Part shown: positions 36,501 through 51,500 of the stretch, piece after piece
Position numbering within the stretch: the first letter of the stretch is position 1
Layout of the letters: each line of letters starts with the position of its first letter
Source: Macrostomum hystrix
Lineage: Eukaryota; Animalia; Platyhelminthes
Length of the DNA stretch: 64,000 nt
NCBI GenBank assembly: GCA_950097015.1
Contig: CATNEN010000002.1
Coordinates: forward strand, 2,542,001-2,606,000
Direction of reading: 5' to 3'
Made by a program: the position numbers and the translations under genes
The notes under the pieces: model-generated
What the model was told of the DNA's origin: nothing
The model's database searches: none
The model's input: the letters and a program-made list of their open reading frames with translations, nothing else

Positions 36501-39500
36501 CATTGATAGTTTTCTAGGCTCAACATTTTTATAGAGATCTAGGCTCAACATTGATAGATATCTAGGCACAGCATCGATAGATATCCAAGCTCAGAATTTA
36601 TATTTATCTAGGCTCAGCATTGATAGTTACCTAGGCTCAGCATTGATAGTTATCTAGGCTTGGCATTGATAGTTACCTAGGCTTAGCATTGATAGTTATC
36701 TAGGCTTAGGATTGATAGTTATCTAGGCTCAACATTTTTATAGATAACTAGGCTCAGCATTGATAGTTATCTAGGCTCAGCATTGATAGTTATCTAGGCT
36801 CAGCATTGATAGTTATCTAGGCTCAGCATTGATAGTTTTCTAGGCTCAGCATTGATAGTTATTTAGGCTCAGCAATGATAGTTATCTAGGCTCAGCATTG
36901 ATAGTTATCTAGGCTCAACATTGATAGATATCTAGGCTCAGCATTGATAGATATCCAAGCTCAGAATTGATAGGTTCCAAGGGTCAGAATCGATAGAAAA
37001 CTAGGCTCAGCATTGATAGTTATCTAGGCTCAACATTTTTATAGATAACTAGGCTCAGCATTGATAGTATCTAGGCTCAACATTTTTATAGATAACTAGG
37101 CACAGCATTGATAGATATCTAGGCACAGCATTGATAGTTATCTAGGCTCAGCATTGATAGTTACCTAGGCTCAGCATTGATAGTTACCTAGGCTTAGCAT
37201 TGATAGTTACCTAGGCTCAGCATTGATAGTTACCCAGGCTCAGCATTGATAGTTACCTAGGCTTAGCATTGATAGTTACCTAGGCTCAACATTGATAGAT
37301 ATCTAGGCTCAGCATTGATAGATATCTAGGCTCAGCATTGATAGTTATCTAGGCTCAACATTGATAGATATCTAGGCTCAGCATTGATAGATATCCAAGC
37401 TCAGAATTGATAGGTTCCAAGGGTCAGAATCGATAGAAAACTAGGCTCAGCATTGATAGTTATCTAGGCTCAACATTTTTATAGATAACTAGGCTCAGCA
37501 TTGATAGTATCTAGGCTCAACATTTTTATAGATAACTAGGCACAGCATTGATAGTTATCTAGGCACAGCATTGATAGTTATCTAGGCTCAGCATTGATAG
37601 TTATCTAGGCTCAGCATTGATAGTTACCTAGGCTCAGCATTGATAGTTACCTAGGCTTAGCATTGATAGTTACCTAGGCTCAGCATTGATAGTTACCTAG
37701 GCTTAGCATTGATAGTTACCTAGGCTTAGCATTGATAGTTACCTAGGCTCAGCATTGATAGTTACCTAGGCTCAGCATTGATAGTTACCTAGGCTTAGCA
37801 TTGATAGTTACCTAGGCTCAGCATTGATAGTTACCTAGGCTCAGCATTGATAGCTATCCAGGCTCAGCATTGATAGTTATCTAGGCTTAGGATTGATAGT
37901 TCTCTAGGCACAGCATTGATAGCTATCCAGGCTCAGCATTGATAGTTATCTAGGCTCAGCATTGATAGTTATCTAGGCTCAGCATTGATAGAAATCTGGG
38001 CTCAGCATTGATAGTTATCTAGGCTCAGCATTGATAATTATCAAGGCTCAGCATTGATAGTTTTCTAGGCTCAGCATTGATAGTTATTTAGGCTCAGCAA
38101 TGATAGTTATCTAGGCTCAGCATTGATAGTTATCTAGGCTCAACATTGATAGATATCTAGGCTCAGCATTGATAGATATCCAAGCTCATAATTGATAGGT
38201 TCCAAGGGTCAGAATCGATAGAAAACTAGGCTCAGCATTGATAGTTATCTAGGCTCAACATTTTTATAGATAACTAGGCTCAGCATTGATAGTATCTAGG
38301 CTCAACATTTTTATAGTTATCTAGGCTCAGCATTGATAGATTTCCAAGCTCAGAATTGATAGAAAACTAGGCTCAGCATTGATAGTTATCTAGGCTCAAC
38401 ATTTTTATAGATAACTAGGCACAGCATTGATAGTTATCTAGGCTCAGCATTGATAGTTATCTAGGCTCAGCATTGATAGTTATCTAGGCTCAGCATTGAT
38501 AGTTATCAAGGCTCAGCATTGATAGTTTTCTAGGCTTAGCATTGATAGTTATCAAGGCTCAGCACTGATAGTTATCTAGGCTCAGCATTGATAGTTATCA
38601 AGGCTCAGCATTGATAGTTATCCAGGCTCAGCATTGATAGTTATCTAGGCTCAGCATTGATAATTATCTAGGCTCAGCATTGATAGTTATCTAGGCTCAG
38701 CATTGATAGTTATCTAGGCTCAGGATTGATAGTTAACTAGGCTCAGAATTGATTGTTATCTAGGCTCAACATTTTTATAGATATTAAGGCTCAGCATTGA
38801 TAGATATCTAGGCTCAGCATTGATAGTTATCTAGGCTCAGCATTGATAGATATCTAGGCTCAGCATTGATAGTTATCTAGGCTCAACATTTTTATAGATA
38901 TTAAGGCTCAGCATTGATAGATATCTAGGCTCAGCATTGATAGTTATCTAGGCTCAGCATTGATAGATATCTAGGCTCAGCATTGATAGTTATCTAGGCT
39001 CAGCATTGATAGATATCTAGGCTCAGCATTGATAGTTATCTAGGCTCAGCATTGATAGTTATCTAGGCTCAGGATTGATAGTTAACTAGGCTCAGCATTG
39101 ATAGTTATCTAGGCTCAGCATTGATAGTTATCTAGGCTCAGGATTGATAGTTATCTAGGCTCAACATTTTTTTAGATATTAAGTCTCAGCATTGATAGTT
39201 ATCTAGGCTCAACATTTTTATAGATATCTAGGCTCAACATTTTTATAGATATCTAGGCTCAGCATTGATAGTTATCTAGGCTCAGCATTGATAGATATCT
39301 AGGCTCAGCATTGATAGTTATCTAGGCTCAACATTTTTATAGACATCAAGGCTCAGATTGGATTGATATCCAAGCTCTGAATTGATAGATTCCACGGGTC
39401 AGAATCGAAAGAAAACTAGGCTCAGCATTGATATTTAACTAGGCTCAGCATTGATAGTTATCTAGGCTCAACATTGATAGTTATCTAGGCTCAGCATTGA

Positions 39501-42500
39501 TAGTTATCTAGGCTCAGCATTGATAGTTATCAAGGCTCAGCATTGATAGTTATCCAGGCTCAGCATTGATAGTTATCTAGGCTCAGCATTGATAATTATC
39601 TAGGCTCAGCATTGATAGTTATCTAGGCTCAGCATTGATAGTTATCTAGGCTCAGGATTGATAGTTAACTAGGCTCAGCATTGATTGTTATCTAGGCTCA
39701 ACATTTTTATAGATATTAAGGCTCAGCATTGATAGATATCTAGGCTCAGCATTGATAGTTATCTAGGCTCAGCATTGATAGATATCTAGGCTCAGCATTG
39801 ATAGTTATCTAGGCTCAACATTTTTATAGATATTAAGGCTCAGCATTGATAGATATCTAGGCTCAGCATTGATAGTTATCTAGGCTCAGCATTGATAGAT
39901 ATCTAGGCTCAGCATTGATAGTTATCTAGGCTCAGCATTGATAGATATCTAGGCTCAGCATTGATAGTTATCTAGGCTCAGCATTGATAGTTATCTAGGC
40001 TCAGGATTGATAGTTAACTAGGCTCAGCATTGATTGTTACCTAGGCTCAGCATTGATAGTTATCTAGGCTCAGGATTGATAGTTATCTAGGCTCAACATT
40101 TTTTTAGATATTAAGTCTCAGCATTGATAGTTATCTAGGCTCAACATTTTTATAGATATCTAGGCTCAGCATTGATAGTTATCTAGGCTCAGCGTGATAG
40201 TTATCTAGGCTCAACATTTTTATAGATAACTAGGCTCAGCATTGATAGTATCTAGGCTCAACATTTTTATAGTTATCTAGGCTCAGCATTGATAGATTTC
40301 CAAGCTCAGAATTGATAGAAAACTAGGCTCAGCATTGATAGTTATCTAGGCTCAACATTTTTATAGATATCTAGGCACAGCATTGATAGTTATCTAGGCT
40401 CAGCATTGATAGTTATCAAGGCTCAGCATTGATAGTTTTCTAGGCTCAACATTTTTATAGAGATCTAGGCTCAACATTGATAGATATCTAGGCACAGCAT
40501 CGATAGATATCCAAGCTCAGAATTTATATTTATCTAGGCTCAGCATTGATAGTTACCTAGGCTCAGCATTGATAGTTATCTAGGCTTGGCATTGATAGTT
40601 ACCTAGGCTTAGCATTGATAGTTATCTAGGCTTAGGATTGATAGTTATCTAGGCTCAACATTTTTATAGATAACTAGGCTCAGCATTGATAGTTATCTAG
40701 GCTCAGCATTGATAGTTATCTAGGCTCAGCATTGATAGTTATCTAGGCTCAGCATTGATAGTTTTCTAGGCTCAGCATTGATAGTTATTTAGGCTCAGCA
40801 ATGATAGTTATCTAGGCTCAGCATTGATAGTTATCTAGGCTCAACATTGATAGATATCTAGGCTCAGCATTGATAGATATCCAAGCTCAGAATTGATAGG
40901 TTCCAAGGGTCAGAATCGATAGAAAACTAGGCTCAGCATTGATAGTTATCTAGGCTCAACATTTTTATAGATAACTAGGCTCAGCATTGATAGTATCTAG
41001 GCTCAACATTTTTATAGATAACTAGGCACAGCATTGATAGTTATCTAGGCACAGCATTGATAGATATCTAGGCTCAGCATTGATAGTTACCTAGGCTCAG
41101 CATTGATAGTTACCTAGGCTTAGCATTGATAGTTACCTAGGCTCAGCATTGATAGTTACCCAGGCTCAGCATTGATAGTTACCTAGGCTTAGCATTGATA
41201 GTTACCTAGGCTCAACATTGATAGATATCTAGGCTCAGCATTGATAGATATCTAGGCTCAGCATTGATAGTTATCTAGGCTCAACATTGATAGATATCTA
41301 GGCTCAGCATTGATAGATATCCAAGCTCAGAATTGATAGGTTCCAAGGGTCAGAATCGATAGAAAACTAGGCTCAGCATTGATAGTTATCTAGGCTCAAC
41401 ATTTTTATAGATAACTAGGCTCAGCATTGATAGTATCTAGGCTCAACATTTTTATAGATAACTAGGCACAGCATTGATAGTTATCTAGGCACAGCATTGA
41501 TAGTTATCTAGGCTCAGCATTGATAGTTATCTAGGCTCAGCATTGATAGTTACCTAGGCTCAGCATTGATAGTTACCTAGGCTTAGCATTGATAGTTACC
41601 TAGGCTCAGCATTGATAGTTACCTAGGCTTAGCATTGATAGTTACCTAGGCTCAGCATTGATAGTTACCTAGGCTCAGCATTGATAGTTACCTAGGCTCA
41701 GCATTGATAGTTACCTAGGCTGAGCATTGATAGTTATCTAGGCTTAGCATTGATAGTTACCTAGGCTCAGCATTGATAGTTACCTAGGCTCAGCAATGAT
41801 AGTTACCTAGGCTTAGCATTGATAGTTACCTAGGCTCAGCATTGATAGTTACCTAGGCTCAGCATTGATAGCTATCCAGGCTCAGCATTGATAGTTATCT
41901 AGGCTTAGGATTGATAGTTCTCTAGGCACAGCATTGATAGTTATCTAGGCTCAGCATTGATAGTTATCTAGGCTTAGGATTGATAGTTCTCTAGGCACAG
42001 CATTGATAGTTATCTAGGCTTAGGATTGATAGTTAACTAGGCTCAGCATTGATAGTTATCTAGGCTCAGCATTGATAGTTATCTAGGCTCAGGATTGATA
42101 GTTATCTAGGCTCAACATTTTTTTAGATATTAAGTCTCAGCATTGATAGTTATCTAGGCTCAACATTTTTATAGATATCTAGGCTCAACATTTTTATAGA
42201 TATCTAGGCTCAGCATTGATAGTTATCTAGGCTCAGCATTGATAGATATCTAGGCTCAGCATTGATAGTTATCTAGGCTCAACATTTTTATAGACATCAA
42301 GGCTCAGATTGGATTGATATCCAAGCTCTGAATTGATAGATTCCACGGGTCAGAATCGAAAGAAAACTAGGCTCAGCATTGATATTTAACTAGGCTCAGC
42401 ATTGATAGTTATCTAGGCTCAACATTGATAGTTATCTAGGCTCAGCATTGATAGTTATCTAGGCTCAGCATTGATAGTTATCAAGGCTCAGCATTGATAG

Positions 42501-45500
42501 TTATCCAGGCTCAGCATTGATAGTTATCTAGGCTCAGCATTGATAATTATCTAGGCTCAGCATTGATAGTTATCTAGGCTCAGCATTGATAGTTATCTAG
42601 GCTCAGGATTGATAGTTAACTAGGCTCAGCATTGATTGTTATCTAGGCTCAACATTTTTATAGATATTAAGGCTCAGCATTGATAGATATCTAGGCTCAG
42701 CATTGATAGTTATCTAGGCTCAGCATTGATAGATATCTAGGCTCAGCATTGATAGTTATCTAGGCTCAACATTTTTATAGATATTAAGGCTCAGCATTGA
42801 TAGATATCTAGGCTCAGCATTGATAGTTATCTAGGCTCAGCATTGATAGATATCTAGGCTCAGCATTGATAGTTATCTAGGCTCAGCATTGATAGATATC
42901 TAGGCTCAGCATTGATAGTTATCTAGGCTCAGCATTGATAGTTATCTAGGCTCAGGATTGATAGTTAACTAGGCTCAGCATTGATTGTTACCTAGGCTCA
43001 GCATTGATAGTTATCTAGGCTCAGGATTGATAGTTATCTAGGCTCAACATTTTTTTAGATATTAAGTCTCAGCATTGATAGTTATCTAGGCTCAACATTT
43101 TTATAGATATCTAGGCTCAGCATTGATAGTTATCTAGGCTCAACATTTTTATAGACATCAAGGCTCAGATTGGATTGATATCCAAGCTCTGAATTGATAG
43201 ATTCCACGGGTCAGAATCGAAAGAAAACTAGGCTCAGCATTGATATTTAACTAGGCTCAGCATTGATAGTTATCTAGGCTCAGCATTGATAGTTATCTAG
43301 GCTCAGCATTGATAGTTATCTAGGCTCAGCATTGATAGTTATCAAGGCTCAGCATTGATAGTTATCCAGGCTCAGCATTGATAGTTATCTAGGCTCAGCA
43401 TTGATAATTATCTAGGCTCAGCATTGATAGTTATCTAGGCTCAGCATTGATAGTTATCTAGGCTCAGGATTGATAGTTAACTAGGCTCAGCATTGATTGT
43501 TATCTAGGCTCAACATTTTTATAGATATTAAGGATCAGCATTGATAGATATCTAGGCTCAGCATTGATAGTTATCTAGGCTCAGCATTGATAGATATCTA
43601 GGCTCAGCATTGATAGTTATCTAGGCTCAACATTTTTATAGATATTAAGGCTCAGCATTGATAGATATCTAGGCTCAGCATTGATAGTTATCTAGGCTCA
43701 GCATTGATAGATATCTAGGCTCAGCATTGATAGTTATCTAGGCTCAGCATTGATAGATATCTAGGCTCAGCATTGATAGTTATCTAGGCTCAGCATTGAT
43801 AGTTATCTAGGCTCAGGATTGATAGTTAACTAGGCTCAGCATTGATAGTTATCTAGGCTCAGCATTGATAGTTATCTAGGCTCAGGATTGATAGTTATCT
43901 AGGCTCAACATTTTTTTAGATATTAAGTCTCAGCATTGATAGTTATCTAGGCTCAAAACTTTTATAGATATCTAGGCTCAGCATTGATAGTTATCTAGGC
44001 TCAGCGTGATAGTTATCTAGGCTCAACATTTTTATAGATATCTAGGCTCAGCATTGATAGTTATCTAGGCTCAGCATTGATAGATATCTAGGCTCAGCAT
44101 TGATAGTTATCTAGGCTCAACATTTTTATAGACATCAAGGCTCAGATTGGATTGATATCCAAGCTCTGAATTGATAGATTCCACGGGTCAGAATCGAAAG
44201 AAAACTAGGCTCAGCATTGATATTTAACTAGGCTCAGCATTGATAGTTATCTAGGCTCAGCATTGATAGTTATCTAGGCTCAGCATTGATAGTTATCTAG
44301 GCTAAGCATTGATAGTTATCTAGGCTCAGGATTGATAGTTAACTAGGCTCGGCATTGATAGTAATCTAGGCTCAGCATTGATAGTTATCTAGGCTTAGCA
44401 TTGATAGTTACCTAGGCTTAGCATTGATAGTTACCTAGGCTCAGCATTGATAGTTACCTAGGCTCAGCATTGATAGTTACCTAGGCTCAGCATTGATAGT
44501 TACCTAGGCTGAGCATTGATAGTTATCTAGGCTCAGCATTGATAGTTACCTAGGCTGAGCATTGATAGTTATCTAGGCTCAGCATTGATAGTTATCTAGG
44601 CTCAACATTTTTATAGATAACTAGGCACAGCATTGATAGTTATCTAGGCTCAGCATTGATAGTTATCTAGGCTCAGCATTGATAGTTATCTAGGCTCAGC
44701 ATTGATAGTTATCAAGGCTCAGCATTGATAGTTTTCTAGGCTCAGCATTGATAGTTATCAAGGCTCAGCATTGATAGTTATCTAGGCTCAGCATTGATAG
44801 TTATCTAGGCTCAGCATTGATAGTTATCCAGGCTCAGCATTGATAGTTATCTAGGCTCAGCATTGATAATTATCTAGGCTCAGCAGTGATAGTTATCTAG
44901 GCTCAGCATTGATTGTTATCTAGGCTCAGGATTGATAGTTAACTAGGCTCAGCATTGATTGTTATCTAGGCTCAACATTTTTATAGATATTAAGGCTCAG
45001 CATTGATAGATATCTAGGCTCAGCATTGATAGTTATCTAGGCTCAGCATTGATAGATATCTAGGCTCAGCATTGATAGTTATCTAGGCTCAACATTTTTA
45101 TAGATATTAAGGCTCAGCATTGATAGATATCTAGGCTCAGCATTGATAGTTATCTAGGCTCAGCATTGATAGATATCTAGGCTCAGCATTGATAGTTATC
45201 TAGGCTCAGCATTGATAGATATCTAGGCTCAGCATTGATAGTTATCTAGGCTCAGCATTGATAGTTATCTAGGCTCAGGATTGATAGTTAACTAGGCTCA
45301 GCATTGATAGTTATCTAGGCTCAGCATTGATAGTTATCTAGGCTCAGGATTGATAGTTATCTAGGCTCAACATTTTTTTAGATATTAAGTCTCAGCATTG
45401 ATAGTTATCTAGGCTCAACATTTTTATAGATATCTAGGCTCAGCATTGATAGTTATCTAGGCTCAGCGTGATAGTTATCTAGGCTCAACATTGATAGATA

Positions 45501-48500
45501 TCTAGGCTCAGCATTGATAGTTATCTAGGCTCAGCATTGATAGTTATCAAGGCTCAGCATTGATAGTTATCCAGGCTCAGCATTGATAGTTATCTAGGCT
45601 CAGCATTGATAATTATCTAGGCTCAGCATTGATAGTTATCTAGGCTCAGCATTGATAGTTATCTAGGCTCAGGATTGATAGTTAACTAGGCTCAGCATTG
45701 ATTGTTATCTAGGCTCAACATTTTTATAGATATTAAGGATCAGCATTGATAGATATCTAGGCTCAGCATTGATAGTTATCTAGGCTCAGCATTGATAGAT
45801 ATCTAGGCTCAGCATTGATAGTTATCTAGGCTCAACATTTTTATAGATATTAAGGCTCAGCATTGATAGATATCTAGGCTCAGCATTGATAGTTATCTAG
45901 GCTCAGCATTGATAGATATCTAGGCTCAGCATTGATAGTTATCTAGGCTCAGCATTGATAGATATCTAGGCTCAGCATTGATAGTTATCTAGGCTCAGCA
46001 TTGATAGTTATCTAGGCTCAGGATTGATAGTTAACTAGGCTCAGCATTGATAGTTATCTAGGCTCAGCATTGATAGTTATCTAGGCTCAGGATTGATAGT
46101 TATCTAGGCTCAACATTTTTTTAGATATTAAGTCTCAGCATTGATAGTTATCTAGGCTCAAAACTTTTATAGATATCTAGGCTCAGCATTGATAGTTATC
46201 TAGGCTCAGCGTGATAGTTATCTAGGCTCAACATTTTTATAGATATCTAGGCTCAGCATTGATAGTTATCTAGGCTCAGCATTGATAGATATCTAGGCTC
46301 AGCATTGATAGTTATCTAGGCTCAACATTTTTATAGACATCAAGGCTCAGATTGGATTGATATCCAAGCTCTGAATTGATAGATTCCACGGGTCAGAATC
46401 GAAAGAAAACTAGGCTCAGCATTGATATTTAACTAGGCTCAGCATTGATAGTTATCTAGGCTCAGCATTGATAGTTATCTAGGCTCAGCATTGATAGTTA
46501 TCTAGGCTAAGCATTGATAGTTATCTAGGCTCAGGATTGATAGTTAACTAGGCTCGGCATTGATAGTAATCTAGGCTCAGCATTGATAGTTATCTAGGCT
46601 TAGCATTGATAGTTACCTAGGCTTAGCATTGATAGTTACCTAGGCTCAGCATTGATAGTTACCTAGGCTCAGCATTGATAGTTACCTAGGCTCAGCATTG
46701 ATAGTTACCTAGGCTGAGCATTGATAGTTATCTAGGCTCAGCATTGATAGTTACCTAGGCTGAGCATTGATAGTTATCTAGGCTCAGCATTGATAGTTAT
46801 CTAGGCTCAACATTTTTATAGATAACTAGGCACAGCATTGATAGTTATCTAGGCTCAGCATTGATAGTTATCTAGGCTCAGCATTGATAGTTATCTAGGC
46901 TCAGCATTGATAGTTATCAAGGCTCAGCATTGATAGTTTTCTAGGCTCAGCATTGATAGTTATCAAGGCTCAGCATTGATAGTTATCTAGGCTCAGCATT
47001 GATAGTTATCTAGGCTCAGCATTGATAGTTATCCAGGCTCAGCATTGATAGTTATCTAGGCTCAGCATTGATAATTATCTAGGCTCAGCAGTGATAGTTA
47101 TCTAGGCTCAGCATTGATTGTTATCTAGGCTCAGGATTGATAGTTAACTAGGCTCAGCATTGATTGTTATCTAGGCTCAACATTTTTATAGATATTAAGG
47201 CTCAGCATTGATAGATATCTAGGCTCAGCATTGATAGTTATCTAGGCTCAGCATTGATAGATATCTAGGCTCAGCATTGATAGTTATCTAGGCTCAACAT
47301 TTTTATAGATATTAAGGCTCAGCATTGATAGATATCTAGGCTCAGCATTGATAGTTATCTAGGCTCAGCATTGATAGATATCTAGGCTCAGCATTGATAG
47401 TTATCTAGGCTCAGCATTGATAGATATCTAGGCTCAGCATTGATAGTTATCTAGGCTCAGCATTGATAGTTATCTAGGCTCAGGATTGATAGTTAACTAG
47501 GCTCAGCATTGATAGTTATCTAGGCTCAGCATTGATAGTTATCTAGGCTCAGGATTGATAGTTATCTAGGCTCAACATTTTTTTAGATATTAAGTCTCAG
47601 CATTGATAGTTATCTAGGCTCAACATTTTTATAGATATCTAGGCTCAGCATTGATAGTTATCTAGGCTCAGCGTGATAGTTATCTAGGCTCAACATTGAT
47701 AGATATCTAGGCTCAGCATTGATAGTTATCTAGGCTCAACATTTTTATAGACATCAAGGCTCAGATTGGATTGATATCCAAGCTCTGAATTGATAGATTC
47801 CACGGGTCAGAATCGAAAGAAAACTAGGCTCAGCATTGATATTTAACTAGGCTCAGCATTGATAGTTATCTAGGCTCAGCATTGATAGTTATCTAGGCTC
47901 AGCATTGATAGTTATCTAGGCTCAGCATTGATAGTTATCAAGGCTCAGCATTGATAGTTATCCAGGCTCAGCATTGATAGTTATCTAGGCTCAGCATTGA
48001 TAATTATCTAGGCTCAGCATTGATAGTTATCTAGGCTCAGCATTGATAGTTATCTAGGCTCAGGATTGATAGTTAACTAGGCTCAGCATTGATTGTTATC
48101 TAGGCTCAACATTTTTATAGATATTAAGGCTCAGCATTGATAGATATCTAGGCTCAGCATTGATAGTTATCTAGGCTCAACATTTTTATAGATATTAAGG
48201 CTCAGCATTGATAGATATCTAGGCTCAGCATTGATAGTTATCTAGGCTCAGCATTGATAGATATCTAGGCTCAGCATTGATAGTTATCTAGGCTCAGCAT
48301 TGATAGATATCTAGGCTCAGCATTGATAGTTATCTAGGCTCAGCATTGATAGTTATCTAGGCTCAGGATTGATAGTTAACTAGGCTCAGCATTGATAGTT
48401 ATCTAGGCTCAGCATTGATAGTTATCTAGGCTCAGGATTGATAGTTATCTAGGCTCAACATTTTTTTAGATATTAAGTCTCAGCATTGATAGTTATCTAG

Positions 48501-51500
48501 GCTCAACACTTTTATAGATATCTAGGCTCAGCATTGATAGTTATCTAGGCTCAGCGTGATAGTTATCTAGGCTCAACATTTTTATAGATATCTAGGCTCA
48601 GCATTGATAGTTATCTAGGCTCAGCATTGATAGATATCTAGGCTCAGCATTAATAGTTATCTAGGCTCAACATTTTTATAGACATCAAAGCTCAGATTGG
48701 ATTGATATCCAAGCTCTGAATTGATAGATTCCACGGGTCAGAATCGAAAGAAAACTAGGCTCAGCATTGATATTTAACTAGACTCAGCATTGATAGTTAT
48801 CTAGGCTCAGCATTGATAGTTATCTAGGCTCAGCATTGATAGTTATCTAGGCTCAGCATTGAGAGTTATCTAGGCTCAGGATTGATAGTTAACTAGGCTC
48901 GGCATTGATAGTTATCTAGGCTCAGCATTGATAGTTATCTAGGCTTAGCATTGATAGTTACCTAGGCTTAGCATTGATAGTTACCTAGGCTCAGCATTGA
49001 TAGTTACCTAGGCTCAGCATTGATAGTTACCTAGGCTCAGCATTGATAGTTACCTAGGCTGAGCATTGATAGTTATCTAGGCTCAGCATTGATAGTTACC
49101 TAGGCTGAGCATTGATAGTTATCTAGGCTCAGCATTGATAGTTATCTAGGCTCAACATTTTTATAGATAACTAGGCACAGCATTGATAGTTATCTAGGCT
49201 CAGCATTGATAGTTATCTAGGCTCAGCATTGATAGTTATCTAGGCTCAGCATTGATAGTTATCAAGGCTCAGCATTGATAGTTTTCTAGGCTCAGCATTG
49301 ATAGTTATTAAGGCTCAGCATTGATAGTTATCTAGGCTCAGCATTGATAGTTATCTAGGCTCAGCATTGATAGTTATCCAGGCTCAGCATTGATAGTTAT
49401 CTAGGCTCAGCATTGATAATTATCTAGGCTCAGCATTGATAGTTATCTAGGCTCAGCATTGATTGTTATCTAGGCTCAGGATTGATAGTTAACTAGGCTC
49501 AGCATTGATTGTTATCTAGGCTCAACATTTTTATAGATATTAAGGCTCAGCATTGATAGATATCTAGGCTCAGCATTGATAGTTATCTAGGCTCAGCATT
49601 GATAGATATCTAGGCTCAGCATTGATAGTTATCTAGGCTCAACATTTTTATAGATATTAAGGCTCAGCATTGATAGATATCTAGGCTCAGCATTGATAGT
49701 TATCTAGGCTCAGCATTGATAGATATCTAGGCTCAGCATTGATAGTTATCTAGGCTCAGCATTGATAGATATCTAGGCTCAGCATTGATAGTTATCTAGG
49801 CTCAGCATTGATAGTTATCTAGGCTCAGGATTGATAGTTAACTAGGCTCAGCATTGATAGTTATCTAGGCTCAGCATTGATAGTTATCTAGGCTCAGGAT
49901 TGATAGTTATCTAGGCTCAACATTTTTTTAGATATTAAGTCTCAGCATTGATAGTTATCTAGGCTCAACATTTTTATAGATATCTAGGCTCAGCATTGAT
50001 AGTTATCTAGGCTCAGCGTGATAGTTATCTAGGCTCAACATTGATAGATATCTAGGCTCAGCATTGATAGTTATCTAGGCTCAACATTTTTATACACATC
50101 AAGGCTCAGATTGGATTGATATCCAAGCTCTGAATTGATAGATTCCACGGGTCAGAATCGAAAGAAAACTAGGCTCAGCATTGATATTTAACTAGGCTCA
50201 GCATTGATAGTTATCTAGGCTCAGCATTGATAGTTATCTAGGCTCAGCATTGATAGTTATCTAGGCTCAGCATTGATAGTTATCAAGGCTCAGCATTGAT
50301 AGTTATCCAGGCTCAGCATTGATAGTTATCTAGGCTCAGCATTGATAATTATCTAGGCTCAGCATTGATAGTTATCTAGGCTCAGCATTGATAGTTATCT
50401 AGGCTCAGGATTGATAGTTAACTAGGCTCAGCATTGATTGTTATCTAGGCTCAACATTTTTATAGATATTAAGGCTCAGCATTGATAGATATCTAGGCTC
50501 AGCATTGATAGTTATCTAGGCTCAACATTTTTATAGATATTAAGGCTCAGCATTGATAGATATCTAGGCTCAGCATTGATAGTTATCTAGGCTCAGCATT
50601 GATAGATATCTAGGCTCAGCATTGATAGTTATCTAGGCTCAGCATTGATAGATATCTAGGCTCAGCATTGATAGTTAACTAGGCTCAGCATTGATAGTTA
50701 TCTAGGCTCAGCATTGATAGTTATCTAGGCTCAGGATTGATAGTTATCTAGGCTCAACATTTTTTTAGATATTAAGTCTCAGCATTGATAGTTATCTAGG
50801 CTCAACATTTTTATAGATATCTAGGCTCAGCATTGATAGTTATCTAGGCTCAGCGTGATAGTTATCTAGGCTCAACATTGATAGATATCTAGGCTCAGCA
50901 TTGATAGTTATCTAGGCTCAACATTTTTATAGACATCAAGGCTCAGATTGGATTGATATCCAAGCTCTGAATTGATAGATTCCACGGGTCAGAATCGAAA
51001 GAAAACTAGGCTCAGCATTGATATTTAACTAGGCTCAGCATTGATTGTTATCTAGGCTCAGCATTGATAGTTATCTAGGCTCAGCATTGATAGTTATCTA
51101 GGCTCAGCATTGATAGTTATCAAGGCTCAGCATTGATAGTTATCCAGGCTCAGCATTGATAGTTATCTAGGCTCAGCATTGATAATTATCTAGGCTCAGC
51201 ATTGATAGTTATCTAGGCTCAGCATTGATAGTTATCTAGGCTCAGGATTGATAGTTAACTAGGCTCAGCATTGATTGTTATCTAGGCTCAACATTTTTAT
51301 AGATATTAAGGATCAGCATTGATAGATATCTAGGCTCAGCATTGATAGTTATCTAGGCTCAGCATTGATAGATATCTAGGCTCAGCATTGATAGTTATCT
51401 AGGCTCAACATTTTTATAGATATTAAGGCTCAGCATTGATAGATATCTAGGCTCAGCATTGATAGTTATCTAGGCTCAGCATTGATAGATATCTAGGCTC